DNA from: a candidate division FCPU426 bacterium
GTDB lineage: Bacteria > Oederibacteriota > Muellerivitia > Muellerivitales > Muellerivitaceae
Direction of reading: 5' to 3'
Length of the DNA stretch: 64,000 nucleotides
NCBI GenBank assembly: GCA_963796105.1
Contig: CAWCKJ010000010.1
Span: 64,001-128,000 of the forward strand
Program-made: the position numbers and the translations under genes
Notes under the pieces: model-generated
What the model was told of the DNA's origin: nothing
The model's database searches: none
The model's input: the letters and a program-made list of their open reading frames with translations, nothing else
Shown here: one piece after another, positions 1-9,883 of the stretch
Layout: each line of letters begins with the position of its first letter
Position numbering within the stretch: position 1 is the first letter of the stretch

Positions 1-513
1 GACGGGTGGTGGTATGGGACGAAGACCAGAAGCGGGAGTTGGTGTTCCTGACCAACCACATGGGTTTTGCCGCCTCGACGGTGGGTGCCATTTACAAGGA
101 ACGTTGGCAGATCGAGTTGTTTTTCAAGGCTCTCAAGCAGAACCTCCGGGTAAAAACTTTTGTGGGTACCACTGAGAATGCCGTTCAGACGCAGATTTGG
201 ACAGCATTGATTGCCATGCTACTGTTGAAGTTCCTTCAATTGAAGAGCCGGATCGCCTGGAGTTTATCCCACTTGGCTGCCATGCTACGGATGAACCTGT
301 TGACCTATCGTGATTTGTGGGCCTGGTTGGATGCACCGTTCCTAGTGGCGAGACTGGAACCCTTGGAAAAGCAGATGGAATTAATACATTCTTAATTTGG
401 ACAGCATCAGGACGAAAGAGGGGGGCTTATCCCAGAAAATTCACGAGCCTGTCCTAAATCGCTTGTTTTCCTGGGAGGTTCAAAGACAAATAGGTTTATC
501 TAGGACAGCAGTG
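1..513 (+). mobile_element. IS4-family insertion sequence, right end
   Basis: Transposase followed by a putative terminal IR ending ...TAGGACAGCAGTG (503-513); related TTTGGACAGCAT at 396-407; left end lies outside the window. Confidence 0.7.
6..395 (+). CDS. IS4-family DDE transposase, C-terminal part (truncated by window start)
   Basis: Motif Y-x2-RWQIELFFKALKQNLRVKTFVGTTENAV (IS4 YREK signature region); ORF open from window edge. Confidence 0.9.
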   Translation: MVVWDEDQKRELVFLTNHMGFAASTVGAIYKERWQIELFFKALKQNLRVKTFVGTTENAVQTQIWTALIAMLLLKFLQLKSRIAWSLSHLAAMLRMNLLTYRDLWAWLDAPFLVARLEPLEKQMELIHS

Positions 514-524
514 GTTTCCTTTAA

Positions 525-1505
525 TTAAAACTTCAAATCCGAGGCTTCCTCCACGAGGGAAACCAGCATTCCAATGAAAGAAGGGCGGGTGCCAACTGTT
601 TCCGCCCGGACCATATTGATCCCGACTTTTTTGGCGCGGGAATAAGCCAGGATGTCGATGTCATAAAGCACCTCGGCGTGATTCACTAAAAAGCCGATGG
701 GAGCCACTACGCAAGCCTCCAACCCTTCCTTGGAGCGGCGCTCCAAGAAATCCCCCAGGTCCGGTTCCAACCAGCGGTCCTCCGGACGTCCGGAGCGGCT
801 GGTATAAGCCAAGTGGAAATAGGGCCATCCCAATTTTTCCTTCACAAGGCGGGCGGTTTCCTCGAATTGGGCCACGTATGAGGATTGGTTGGCGACCGCG
901 CTGGGAATGCTGTGGGTGGAGAAGATCAACTCGGCCTTGGCGGCTTTTTTTTCCCTTGGAAGCAGTTTTGATATGGCGATTTTGATTTCCTGCTCTATGG
1001 CGCGAATAAAACCTGGACGGTTGTGCCATTCGGGGGCATAAACCACCTCGGGAACGGATTGGCCCGCGGCTTTAAGCGCGTCCTTCGCCTCGTCCACTTT
1101 CAGGATGTATTTTGTGAATGACACCTGGCTTCTAAAGGGAGCCATGATGATGGCGAATATATTTTTTTTACCTTCTCGGGAAAGACTTTCCAGGGTTTTG
1201 GAGATCGTAGGGGAAGAATGGGCAAAGCCCACGGTGACAGGGATATCCATTCCCCGCGCCTTCAAGAGTTTTTGGAGGCAGGCGGCTTGGAATTGGGTGA
1301 GTTGGCTGTAAGGGGAGAAACCTCCGATTTGTTTGTATTGCTCGACGACTTTTTCCAGTCTCTCGTGGGGAATGTTGCGCCCTCGCGTGACATCCTCCAG
1401 GAAGGGAAGGACATCCTCGGGTTTTTCGGGACCGCCGAAGCCGATCAGCAGAACGGAGTCAAATTTAATTTGGGTCAAGTTCATTTCCTGTAAAAGATAA
1501 AACAT
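525..1505 (-). CDS. hemH: Ferrochelatase
   Basis: GFGGPE...V.PFL, GGFSP, FSTHSIP, WLEP, APIGF..NHAEVLYDID motifs; downstream of hemE. Confidence 0.92.
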   Translation of the reverse strand: MFYLLQEMNLTQIKFDSVLLIGFGGPEKPEDVLPFLEDVTRGRNIPHERLEKVVEQYKQIGGFSPYSQLTQFQAACLQKLLKARGMDIPVTVGFAHSSPTISKTLESLSREGKKNIFAIIMAPFRSQVSFTKYILKVDEAKDALKAAGQSVPEVVYAPEWHNRPGFIRAIEQEIKIAISKLLPREKKAAKAELIFSTHSIPSAVANQSSYVAQFEETARLVKEKLGWPYFHLAYTSRSGRPEDRWLEPDLGDFLERRSKEGLEACVVAPIGFLVNHAEVLYDIDILAYSRAKKVGINMVRAETVGTRPSFIGMLVSLVEEASDLKF

Positions 1506-1526
1506 ATTTTAGCTGGAGGATGTATT

Positions 1527-1735
1527 TGTCATTGCGAGGAACGAACTTTGTGAGGAAGCAACCACAGTTCATTGGTGGTTTTTGTTTTAAACGGTCAGAC
1601 AAATCAACCTTGCCGGCATATTAACAACCATTAACTGAGGTTGTGCTGGGACCTTTGGCCCTAGCATGGTTGGCTGGAAGCCAACCACTTCAAGTCTGTC
1701 GCTAAAACCAATGAAAGACGCTCCTCGCAATGACA
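1527..1735. repeat. REP/MITE-like nested palindromic element, copy 1
   Basis: Perfect 14-bp terminal IR TGTCATTGCGAGGA (1527-1540) / TCCTCGCAATGACA (1722-1735); GAAGCAACC inner motif; related copies at 51307 and 53851. Confidence 0.85.
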
Positions 1736-1790
1736 CCTAAATACATCTTAACTTTTTGTCTAGGGTATTAACTATATAATTACCTTTTTA

Positions 1791-1818
1791 AATCCCATGA
1801 ATCCCGTGTATCCGTGGC
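1791..1818. repeat. Dispersed ATCCC(A/G)TG...ATCCGTGGC element
   Basis: 24/28 identical to 53633-53660. Confidence 0.7.
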
Positions 1819-1841
1819 AAAATTTATTCCGTGATTCGTTT

Positions 1842-3758
1842 TTAAAGCTTAAAAGTTTTAACCGTATCGATCAAGGCGCGGACATTTTCCATGGGTGTCT
1901 CAGGCAGGATGCCGTGTCCCAGGTTGAAAATGTGTCCTGGCCTGCCGTTGACTTTCCTGAGTATTTTCTCGGCTTCTTTACGCACATTAAGAGGATCGGT
2001 TAAAAGAACTTCGGGGTCCAGATTACCCTGGATCGCCACCTCGCCCAATTGCTTCCAGGCCTTGGCCAAATCCACATGGCAATCCACGCCGATCACTGTG
2101 GCGCCGGTTTTAAGGATATCTGGGTAGAAGGGTTCGGTATGAATTCCGAAATAAATAATGGGCACACCAGGCTTCAATCCGCTGATGAGGATTTGAAGGA
2201 AGGGAAGGACCAGGCGTTTGTATTCATCGGGGGTCAGGATGCCCACCCAGGAGTCGAACAATTGGAGGGCTTGGGCACCCGCATCCACCTGGGCGTTCAG
2301 GTAGGAAACAGTGGCCTTGACGATCCGGATCATGAAATCATCCCAGGCCGATATGCCCTCGCTTAAAAGAGTTCGGGTCTGCGCGAAATCCTTGGAGGCC
2401 CCGCCTTCCAGCAAATAGGAGGCCACCGTGAAGGGGGCGCCGGCGAAGCCGATCAAGGGAATGTCGGGTTTTAAGCGGGACCGGATGATCCTCACGGCTT
2501 CCATGACATATCCCAAATCCTTCTTCGCGTTGACTTCCCGGAGGCGCTTGAGGTCGGAGGAGCCCCTGAAGGGATTGCGGATGACAGGCCCCCCTTTCTC
2601 GGCGAACTCCAATTGGAAACCTAGGGGCTCGGTGATCAATAGAATATCGGCGAAAAGAATGGCGGCGTCCACGCCGAGGACTTCCTGGGCTGAAACCGTG
2701 GCTTCCGCGGCGAGCTCCGGCGTTTTGCAAAGCTCCAGGAAAGAGACTTTGGATCGTATTTTCTGGTATTCGGGAAGGTAGCGGCCAGCCTGTCGCATGA
2801 TCCAAATGGGGGGGCGGTAGGCCGGCTCCCGGCGGCAGGCTTTCATGAAAAGATTATCCGGAATTCGGAAAGGTTTCTTGGGGGCGGCTGACACTTCCAA
2901 AGTCATGTGGCTCTTGAACTCGTGCAGTTCCTGGCCCCTTCGAGCGGCTTCCCTCACGAGAGACGCCATGTTGTGCTGGTCCGGCTCGAAATCGACCGTG
3001 AATCCGTGGCCCTGGAGGGTTTCCGTGACGGAAGTGCCCACGGACCCGACCACCACGCGGGGGAAAGCCGCCATCAGGGATTCCAGGCGGCCTAGATTCT
3101 CCGCGAGTTGAACCAGGTTGTGGACCTGATACCCGCTGGTAAAGAGGGTGATCGCGACTTTGCCCTTGATGATGGATTCGATCAACTGGACCAGGGGTTT
3201 GGTGTTGTCGGGCAGGGCCCAGAGCTGGATGGGAACACTTTCCACTTCTTTCGCGCCCAATGCGCGGAGATTCCTCAACAAGTCCAAATTGGAAAAACCG
3301 AATTCCTGGACCGCCACCCTTTTGTCTTTCACGTCCGCGAGCGCGGAGGGAATTTCCCTCCAGTTTTTCAGCTCTGGAATTTTGATGGAAGCCTTTAATC
3401 CGTATTCAGCCAAAACCTTGGGGAGGTGGGGGTCGCAGGACACCAGGACACAGCGTTTGAGGGCCTTGGTGATATGACTCTGGGGAAACTGGGCCTCCAA
3501 GGCCTGGAAAAAAGCGCGTGTGCCGGTTTCGGAAACGAGAACCAGGATGTCAATGAGCCCTTCCCGGAGACGCTCAAAGAAGACGTATGCTTCCTTGTTT
3601 TCCTCCGGATGCATTTCCCTCATGGCGGGGGCAATCAAGGGTTTGCCGCCGTGATGGAGGATCAAATCCTCCATTTCCTTGGCCATGAGGCTCTCGAAAG
3701 CCGCCACTGTCAAGTTCCTAAAATTGTGCTTTTCTTTGGATTGGGACGGTCGCGTCAT
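1842..3758 (-). CDS. hemE: Fused uroporphyrinogen-III synthase (HemD-like) / uroporphyrinogen decarboxylase
   Basis: N-terminal HemD-like domain (VAAFES...APAMRE, FTSGYQV, SVG..VTE.L); C-terminal UroD motifs PIWIMRQAGRYLPEY, LIGFAGAPFT, IQGNLDP, HIFNLGHGI. Start chosen at ATG 3758 to avoid overlap with the divergent gene. Confidence 0.9.
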   Translation of the reverse strand: MTRPSQSKEKHNFRNLTVAAFESLMAKEMEDLILHHGGKPLIAPAMREMHPEENKEAYVFFERLREGLIDILVLVSETGTRAFFQALEAQFPQSHITKALKRCVLVSCDPHLPKVLAEYGLKASIKIPELKNWREIPSALADVKDKRVAVQEFGFSNLDLLRNLRALGAKEVESVPIQLWALPDNTKPLVQLIESIIKGKVAITLFTSGYQVHNLVQLAENLGRLESLMAAFPRVVVGSVGTSVTETLQGHGFTVDFEPDQHNMASLVREAARRGQELHEFKSHMTLEVSAAPKKPFRIPDNLFMKACRREPAYRPPIWIMRQAGRYLPEYQKIRSKVSFLELCKTPELAAEATVSAQEVLGVDAAILFADILLITEPLGFQLEFAEKGGPVIRNPFRGSSDLKRLREVNAKKDLGYVMEAVRIIRSRLKPDIPLIGFAGAPFTVASYLLEGGASKDFAQTRTLLSEGISAWDDFMIRIVKATVSYLNAQVDAGAQALQLFDSWVGILTPDEYKRLVLPFLQILISGLKPGVPIIYFGIHTEPFYPDILKTGATVIGVDCHVDLAKAWKQLGEVAIQGNLDPEVLLTDPLNVRKEAEKILRKVNGRPGHIFNLGHGILPETPMENVRALIDTVKTFKL

Positions 3759-3882
3759 GAAATGCAGTATAAAAGTGAAAAAAATGAAAATCCACATAAG
3801 CTTAGTGCGGGTATAATAGAAACAGGCTTGGTCATACGGGTCAAAGTCGTCATTTTTACAAACCAGCCGTATAGAGGTGAAT

Positions 3883-5238
3883 ATGAAGTGTCCTGGCTGC
3901 GGCTTTGAGCAGGCGGATGGGCGCATCGATTGCGACCGTTGCGGCCTGGTCTTTGAGAAATGGCATCAAAGGCATCCGGACCCGGTTCCCGCGGCGGAGA
4001 ATCCGCCAGCTGCGACCGAAGGGACCCCAGCCCCTGCGGCACCCACTCCTCCGAAGCCCGTTCCCGTGGAACCTGCGGCGAAGCCAGAGCCTGTTACCGC
4101 TCCCGTGCCCGAGAAAAAGCCGTCGAGCCCTATCCCCGCTGAGAAAAAAGAGGAAAAGCCGGCCGTTGCGATATCCACGCAAACTCCCGAACCTAAGATA
4201 TCCGCGCCCCCTGTAATTATTCCTGAACCCGAATTTGAAAGTGAACCGTTTACCCCGTCGGCGCGTCAATCTCATTCGGGAATGAACAAAAGGATCATTT
4301 CTTATCTCGGGGTAGGAGTTGTACTGGCCATACTCATATTCATTGTCTCGAATTACCTCATCACGGAAAACGGAAAGCAGGGACCCCGCTGCCTAGTAAC
4401 TTGGGGCGAGAACGGGGAAGACCAGGGGCAAATGGACTCGCCGATCGCGGCGGCTGTGGACCAGGACCGAAACCTATACGTTTCAGACCAGGGCAACAAC
4501 CGGATCCAGAAATTCGATTCCAACGGAAAATTCCTTCTCTCCTGGGGAGGGTCCGGGACGGCAGCCGGAAAATTCAATAATCCGGTCCAATTGGCCGTGG
4601 ATACGAAAAATTTCGTTTACGTCGTGGATGGCGGCAACCACCGCGTGCAGAAATTCGACTTGAACGGGGTTTACCAGACGGTCTGGGGCGGATTCGGCTC
4701 CGACCCCGGCCAGTTCAACCAGCCCTGGGGTTTGGCGATCAGCCTGAAGGACCAGATTTACGTGACGGATCAAAACAACCACCGAGTGGAGGAGTTCGAC
4801 GCGGACGGGAAATGGATCAAGACCTGGGGCACCAATGGAAAGGACCAGGGTAATTTTATCCAGCCGCGCGGGATCGCGGTGGACGCGGACGGGAACGTTT
4901 ATGTGGGGGACAACAACGAGAGGATCCAAAAGTTTGACGCCAATGGGACCTTTGTCGAGCAGACCGGGAGTTTCGGGCAGGAGCCGGGACAATTCCACAA
5001 AATCCAGGGTTTGGCCGCGGATAAAACCGGGCGCCTATACGTGGCTGACGGCGGGAATTACCGGGTCCAGGTTTTTGACGCCCAATTGAAACCCTTGACC
5101 GCCTGGGGGCATTTAGGCGAGAAGCCGGGGTTCTTCAACTTTCCCGGCGGAATCGCGGTGGACTCGAGCGGGTTCATCTATGTCACGGATTATCAAAACG
5201 ACAGGGTCCAGAAGTTCGCTGAACTCGTCATCAAATAG
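3883..5238 (+). CDS. Membrane-anchored NHL-repeat beta-propeller protein with N-terminal zinc ribbon and Pro-rich linker
   Basis: CPGC...CDRC, Pro/Glu/Lys-rich linker, one TM, six NHL repeats (F..P.GIAVD...YV.D..N.RVQKF); GAGGTG RBS before ATG 3883. Confidence 0.85.
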   Translation: MKCPGCGFEQADGRIDCDRCGLVFEKWHQRHPDPVPAAENPPAATEGTPAPAAPTPPKPVPVEPAAKPEPVTAPVPEKKPSSPIPAEKKEEKPAVAISTQTPEPKISAPPVIIPEPEFESEPFTPSARQSHSGMNKRIISYLGVGVVLAILIFIVSNYLITENGKQGPRCLVTWGENGEDQGQMDSPIAAAVDQDRNLYVSDQGNNRIQKFDSNGKFLLSWGGSGTAAGKFNNPVQLAVDTKNFVYVVDGGNHRVQKFDLNGVYQTVWGGFGSDPGQFNQPWGLAISLKDQIYVTDQNNHRVEEFDADGKWIKTWGTNGKDQGNFIQPRGIAVDADGNVYVGDNNERIQKFDANGTFVEQTGSFGQEPGQFHKIQGLAADKTGRLYVADGGNYRVQVFDAQLKPLTAWGHLGEKPGFFNFPGGIAVDSSGFIYVTDYQNDRVQKFAELVIK

Positions 5239-5267
5239 TTAAATACCTCACGGCCGAAAAGTTCCCG

Positions 5268-5939
5268 GTGATTTATAACCGCGGTTCATTCAGGTTCTTC
5301 TCCAAAAAGAAATTTCGATTTTTTGCGCCTTTCGGGATTAGGAATAATGATTTGAGCAAAATCGGAAGAGTTTTTATTCAAGGAATCGGTCTCGGGCTTG
5401 GTGTCGGTTTGTGCCTGGCGGGGGCCTTGGCCCTGGTTTTCAGGTCCGTCCATGGAGTCGGTCCCCAGGACCAACCTGGAAACTACAACATATATTTCCT
5501 AGTGGTGGGTGCGGTGATGGGTTTGTTGGGGGGTTGGTGCCTGTCCTTGCATCTGGTTTTAAACCAGCTCTTGAGCTCCCTTTTTCTTCAAATCTCCCTC
5601 CTGGTTCCCATGACCACTTCCCTGATCGGCCGGGAATGGGCGGACAAAATGGAAATATTTTTCAAGGAAGTCCTAAGCCCCTTGCCGGCTTTTTTTGGAA
5701 GGGCGGTCAAGTTTTTCCTGGTAAGGCGTTTCGAGAATTACCCCAGGATCAACCGGGCCATTTCCAAGGCCAAGAAGAAACAGAACCTTCCGGCCTATTC
5801 GCCGGAATGGATGGCCCGGGTAGTATTGCATTACTTCCTGGAGCCTTTATGGGTCTTTTTTTACGCCGCCTATACCATCTTATTTTTGATCGCCCTCTTA
5901 TTTTTATCCTTTCCATTCGCCAGGGAAGGATGGCGGTGA
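5268..5939 (+). CDS. Hypothetical membrane protein
   Basis: 223-aa ORF with about 3 hydrophobic segments, co-oriented with neighbours; start uncertain. Confidence 0.65.
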   Translation: MIYNRGSFRFFSKKKFRFFAPFGIRNNDLSKIGRVFIQGIGLGLGVGLCLAGALALVFRSVHGVGPQDQPGNYNIYFLVVGAVMGLLGGWCLSLHLVLNQLLSSLFLQISLLVPMTTSLIGREWADKMEIFFKEVLSPLPAFFGRAVKFFLVRRFENYPRINRAISKAKKKQNLPAYSPEWMARVVLHYFLEPLWVFFYAAYTILFLIALLFLSFPFAREGWR

Positions 5940-6048
5940 AAAGCATGGTTGTTGGTGCGTGCCTTCCGGTTTGTTATCATGCCAAACAGGTTTCTTCCCT
6001 GTAAAAGCAAAAGCCTCAAAATTTCAATAATAGGTTGAGGAAATATTC

Positions 6049-6855
6049 TTGGGATCACCCCATTACGAAAAATGGAAAAACGCCCAGTCCCATTGGGATG
6101 ATGAGGATTTTTTAAAGTCCCTCACGGCCCTGATGAGGCTCCGCTACAAGCGCCTGGACGAGAAGGTCTATGGGGTTTTTGAGGCCTTCAAGCAAAAACG
6201 TTTTTCAGAGCCTGGAAATAACAAACAACCTCTTTTGGCGGATATTGGTTGCGGCAGGTCCGAATTCGGGGCTTTCCTGAAAGCGAAATGGGATAAGGAT
6301 GCGTCCTTGAAAAACACCCCCTGGAATTACCTCGGGATCGAGCCGTCCATGGAACAATTGAAACACCGCGATATTGACACCCTTGGATGGGGTTTCATCC
6401 AGGCCCTGGGGGAACAGGTGCCGTTGCCGGATATGTCCTGCGACGGGGTTCTGGTCAAGGAAGCGCTCGACCACTGCTACGACCCCCTGGGGGTTTTCCG
6501 CGAGGCGGGACGGATCTTGAGGCCCGGGGGCGTTTTGGTGGTGACGCTGACGAACGACAAGAGCTATTTCAAACGGCTTTTTCCCGGTATTAACCGCAAG
6601 TTGAAGGAAAAACAAACCGACCATTTATTTTTTTTCGGGCCGAAGGACCTGGAGAAATTGGCCGCGGAGGCGCGGTTTGACAGCATCCGGGCCCAAACCT
6701 ATAATTACCTGAAATTGCCGCGCTTCTTGGAAAAACTCATGGGCTTTTTGGGGGAACCCTTGAACGGGTTCCTGCTGGATTTAACGGATGGCGCCGGCGA
6801 GGCCCTCTTGCCTGGGTTGGGCGGCGGCATCCTTCTGAAAGCCTTCAAAAAATGA
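6049..6855 (+). CDS. Class I SAM-dependent methyltransferase
   Basis: ADIGCG motif I, GIEPS, LDHC.DP..VFREAGRILRPGG. Confidence 0.85.
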   Translation: MGSPHYEKWKNAQSHWDDEDFLKSLTALMRLRYKRLDEKVYGVFEAFKQKRFSEPGNNKQPLLADIGCGRSEFGAFLKAKWDKDASLKNTPWNYLGIEPSMEQLKHRDIDTLGWGFIQALGEQVPLPDMSCDGVLVKEALDHCYDPLGVFREAGRILRPGGVLVVTLTNDKSYFKRLFPGINRKLKEKQTDHLFFFGPKDLEKLAAEARFDSIRAQTYNYLKLPRFLEKLMGFLGEPLNGFLLDLTDGAGEALLPGLGGGILLKAFKK

Positions 6856-6874
6856 ATTCTGTAAAAAGGAAAAT

Positions 6875-7036
6875 ATGAACCCCGAACTTTTGAATATCCT
6901 GATCTGCCCCGCCTGCGGCTCCTCCGTGCGCGAGAAAGACAATTCCATCGAATGCACCGACTGCAAGAACCGGTATCCCATCATCGACGGAATTCCCGCC
7001 CTCATTGTGGAACGTGCGGAAAAACCCAAGTCCTGA
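6875..7036 (+). CDS. Trm112/YcaR-like small zinc-ribbon protein (53 aa, absent from ORF track)
   Basis: Manual translation MNPELLNILICPACGSSVREKDNSIECTDCKNRYPIIDGIPALIVERAEKPKS; AAGGA RBS. Confidence 0.88.
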   Translation: MNPELLNILICPACGSSVREKDNSIECTDCKNRYPIIDGIPALIVERAEKPKS

Positions 7037-8141
7037 TCCCCTTAAAATCGGGATCGATGCCAGGCTGGCATTCCACCGCGGCGTGGGGACCTATGCCGCC
7101 AACCTGATCATCGCCCTTTCCCAAACGGACCGAAAAAATAATTACTGGCTTTTTAACGCCCTGCCGCTGTTAAAAGAAAAGGTCAAAAATCCGAATTTCC
7201 AATGGGTGGATTTACCCGCGGCCAATCCCGCCTACTACGAGCAAATCCAGCTGCCCCGTGCCGCCCGCGGGAAGAATCTGGATTTCCTGCATTACGTGGA
7301 CAACACGGGTACCTTGGTGGACCGCTTTCCCTATGTCCTGACCCTCCATGACGTGATGCACGAAAGATCCTTGAGGGAAGTGCGGGTCAGGCCGACCTTC
7401 CGCCAGCGCCTGGTTCACCTTTACAAGAAATGGACGACTCCCCGATCCGCGGTGAGGGCCAAGACCCTCATCACTATCTCGGAATACTCCAAAAGAAGCA
7501 TCACGGAAAAAACCGGCGTTGAGCCCGACAAAATCCACGTGATCCCAGAGGGCGTGGACCGCGAGATTTTTGTTTTCTCGAAAAGAAAGCGGTCAAAGCT
7601 CTTCAAGATCCTAGTCCAAGGAGCCACGGATGAAAGGAAGAACCTGACGAATATCCTCAAGACGGCCTGTTTATTGCGGGACATGGGAAAACACTTCCAA
7701 TTGGTCGTGATCGGGATGGACCTGGAGGAAGTGAAGCGATCCCATTACCTGGATCAAACCATCGAGATGGGGCTTGGGCCCCAAGTGGAATGGGCGGGAA
7801 ACGTGCCCTTCGAAGTTTTGAGGAACATCTACTCCGAGGTGGATTTGTTCCTTTATCCTTCCCGCATGGAGGGATTTGGCCTGCCCATATTGGAAGCCTA
7901 CGCGACCGGGGTCCCGGTCATTACCTCCAACCAAACGGCATTGCCGGAAACCGCGGGGAACGCCGCTCTTTTGGTGGACCCCGAGAGCCCGGAAAGCATT
8001 TGCGGGGCGGTGAAAGAATTAATGGATAATGAGTCCTTGAGAAAACGCTTAGTGAAGAGGGGCCTGAATAGGGTGGAAGAGTTTACCTGGACAAAAACGG
8101 CTCTGTTAACCAAAAGGGTTTACGAGGGTTTGGTGTTATGA
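7005..8141 (+). CDS. Glycosyltransferase family 4 (GT-B)
   Basis: IGIDAR...GVGTY, RKNL, FLYPSRMEGFGLPILEA, PETAGNAALLVDP. Confidence 0.9.
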   Translation: MWNVRKNPSPDPLKIGIDARLAFHRGVGTYAANLIIALSQTDRKNNYWLFNALPLLKEKVKNPNFQWVDLPAANPAYYEQIQLPRAARGKNLDFLHYVDNTGTLVDRFPYVLTLHDVMHERSLREVRVRPTFRQRLVHLYKKWTTPRSAVRAKTLITISEYSKRSITEKTGVEPDKIHVIPEGVDREIFVFSKRKRSKLFKILVQGATDERKNLTNILKTACLLRDMGKHFQLVVIGMDLEEVKRSHYLDQTIEMGLGPQVEWAGNVPFEVLRNIYSEVDLFLYPSRMEGFGLPILEAYATGVPVITSNQTALPETAGNAALLVDPESPESICGAVKELMDNESLRKRLVKRGLNRVEEFTWTKTALLTKRVYEGLVL

Positions 8142-9883
8142 AAGGAATCTTCAGCTTTCTCCTATTAATCATGGAAGCCGGCTCCTTGTTTTTCTTTTTT
8201 CTCAATCCAGCCTCCCCTCTTACCGGGATGGAACCCCTTGGATTGTTTTTCTTGGTTTTAGTCCTCTTCGGCGGGCTCGTTTTAGTGGAAACCGCTTTGG
8301 CCGGATGGGTCGCCGGCGCAAAATGCATGAAATGTTTTTTACCCCCCGTTACTTACACCCATTTGTTTTGGGTTTTTTCCTGGGCCTGGCCCTGGGCGCG
8401 GGGCGTGAACCTTCCTGAACCCCACAATTTAGACCAAAGAAAATTCCAGGTTCTTCTGGGGGTCATGCTGATCTCGCACTTGTTCGCCTATACCGCCTGG
8501 CTGTTAAAAAAAGCAAGTCTCAACAGCCGGCCTATTTCCAAAACTTTCGGGATAGTAGGGGCGTTCTTTTTTATCGCGACGACCCTTTGGACGGCGTCGG
8601 TTTGCGATTTGAGCGGGGATGAGCCCCATTACCTCTTGATGGATTACAGCCTGATCCATGACGGGGATTTGGATCTTTCCAATAATTATCAAAACAAGGA
8701 TTACCTGAGTTTTTACAAAAGGGGAGAGCTGGCACTGCAGGGGTTGGACTACACGGAGAACGGGAAAATTTACAGCTTTCATCCATTGGGGCCGGTTCTA
8801 TTGGCGCTTCCGGGCTTCGCGATCGGGGGAAGATTGGGTGCCGCGCTGACCATGTCAATTTTGGCGGCCATGACTTTGTTCCTGTCCCTGAGGATTCTGG
8901 AGGCATTAGGGGCCCATGGACCTCCGCTTCAAGCCGTCGGCTGGGTCGGGGTCTTTTCAAGCCCAGTGCTTATATTCTCGGGGCTTATCTATCCGGAGAT
9001 TCCTACGGCTCTCTTCGTGGCATTAATCCTTTTTCTCTTTTTAAAAAAGCGCTGGGGGTGGCTGGGGGTTTGTCTTGGAATGTTACTTTGGATTCACAAC
9101 CGCAACGTTCTTTTAGTCATGCCGTTCTTGGCGGTCTTGGGTTATGAATTATTAAAAGGGAAAAATGAAAAACGGGAAAAAATATTAAGATTCACCTGGG
9201 GGTTCCTGGCGCCGACTTTTCTTTTAGCCTTTTATTTTGAAAAGATCTACGGGGTTTTAACACCATTGGGTGCCCATCATGAGTCTTTCTTCTCGCTGTT
9301 TTCGATCCAAAGATTTTTCGCCGGCTTCTTCGGCTTGATCCTCGACCAGGATTGCGGCCTCTGGTTCCATTTCCCTGTTTTTGCCTTGATAGTGACAGGC
9401 GGGATCCTCTTGAGACGCTCCAACAATCCCCTGAAAAGCCTTGTCCTGATCCCATTCTGTTTTTTTTATTTATTCATGAGTTTTTATGAGAACCTGGGGT
9501 TGGCGCCGGCGACCCGCTATATGGTGGGGATCACTCCCCTATTATGGATGATGCTTTACCCGGCGTTCGAGAGAATCAAGGCCTGGGATTTTTGGGCTCA
9601 GTTGACTTTTTTTTCTTTTGCGGCCGGTTTTGCCGTCAACTGGCTTTTGTGCGCGGTTCCCTGGATCCGCTACAACAAAATCCAGGGAGGCAATTGGATC
9701 CTGATCATCGCTGGAAATTATCTTCACTTACCATTGGTCCAATGGGAACCCATGTTCCAGGTCCCGGCAGTCGAGATGAAGAGCTACTTTTTGGGCGCTT
9801 TTTGGGTTTTGGTCACCATCGCTTTTTCGGTTCTTTTCTTGAAGGCCGAGGCTAATAAAACGGGGGAAGGGAAAAACTTTTGA
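8138..9883 (+). CDS. Polytopic membrane protein, GT-C/PMT-like
   Basis: More than 10 TM segments with GDEPHYLL...HDGDLDL loop and IYPEIP motif; translationally coupled to flanking glycosyltransferases. Confidence 0.65.
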   Translation: MKGIFSFLLLIMEAGSLFFFFLNPASPLTGMEPLGLFFLVLVLFGGLVLVETALAGWVAGAKCMKCFLPPVTYTHLFWVFSWAWPWARGVNLPEPHNLDQRKFQVLLGVMLISHLFAYTAWLLKKASLNSRPISKTFGIVGAFFFIATTLWTASVCDLSGDEPHYLLMDYSLIHDGDLDLSNNYQNKDYLSFYKRGELALQGLDYTENGKIYSFHPLGPVLLALPGFAIGGRLGAALTMSILAAMTLFLSLRILEALGAHGPPLQAVGWVGVFSSPVLIFSGLIYPEIPTALFVALILFLFLKKRWGWLGVCLGMLLWIHNRNVLLVMPFLAVLGYELLKGKNEKREKILRFTWGFLAPTFLLAFYFEKIYGVLTPLGAHHESFFSLFSIQRFFAGFFGLILDQDCGLWFHFPVFALIVTGGILLRRSNNPLKSLVLIPFCFFYLFMSFYENLGLAPATRYMVGITPLLWMMLYPAFERIKAWDFWAQLTFFSFAAGFAVNWLLCAVPWIRYNKIQGGNWILIIAGNYLHLPLVQWEPMFQVPAVEMKSYFLGAFWVLVTIAFSVLFLKAEANKTGEGKNF

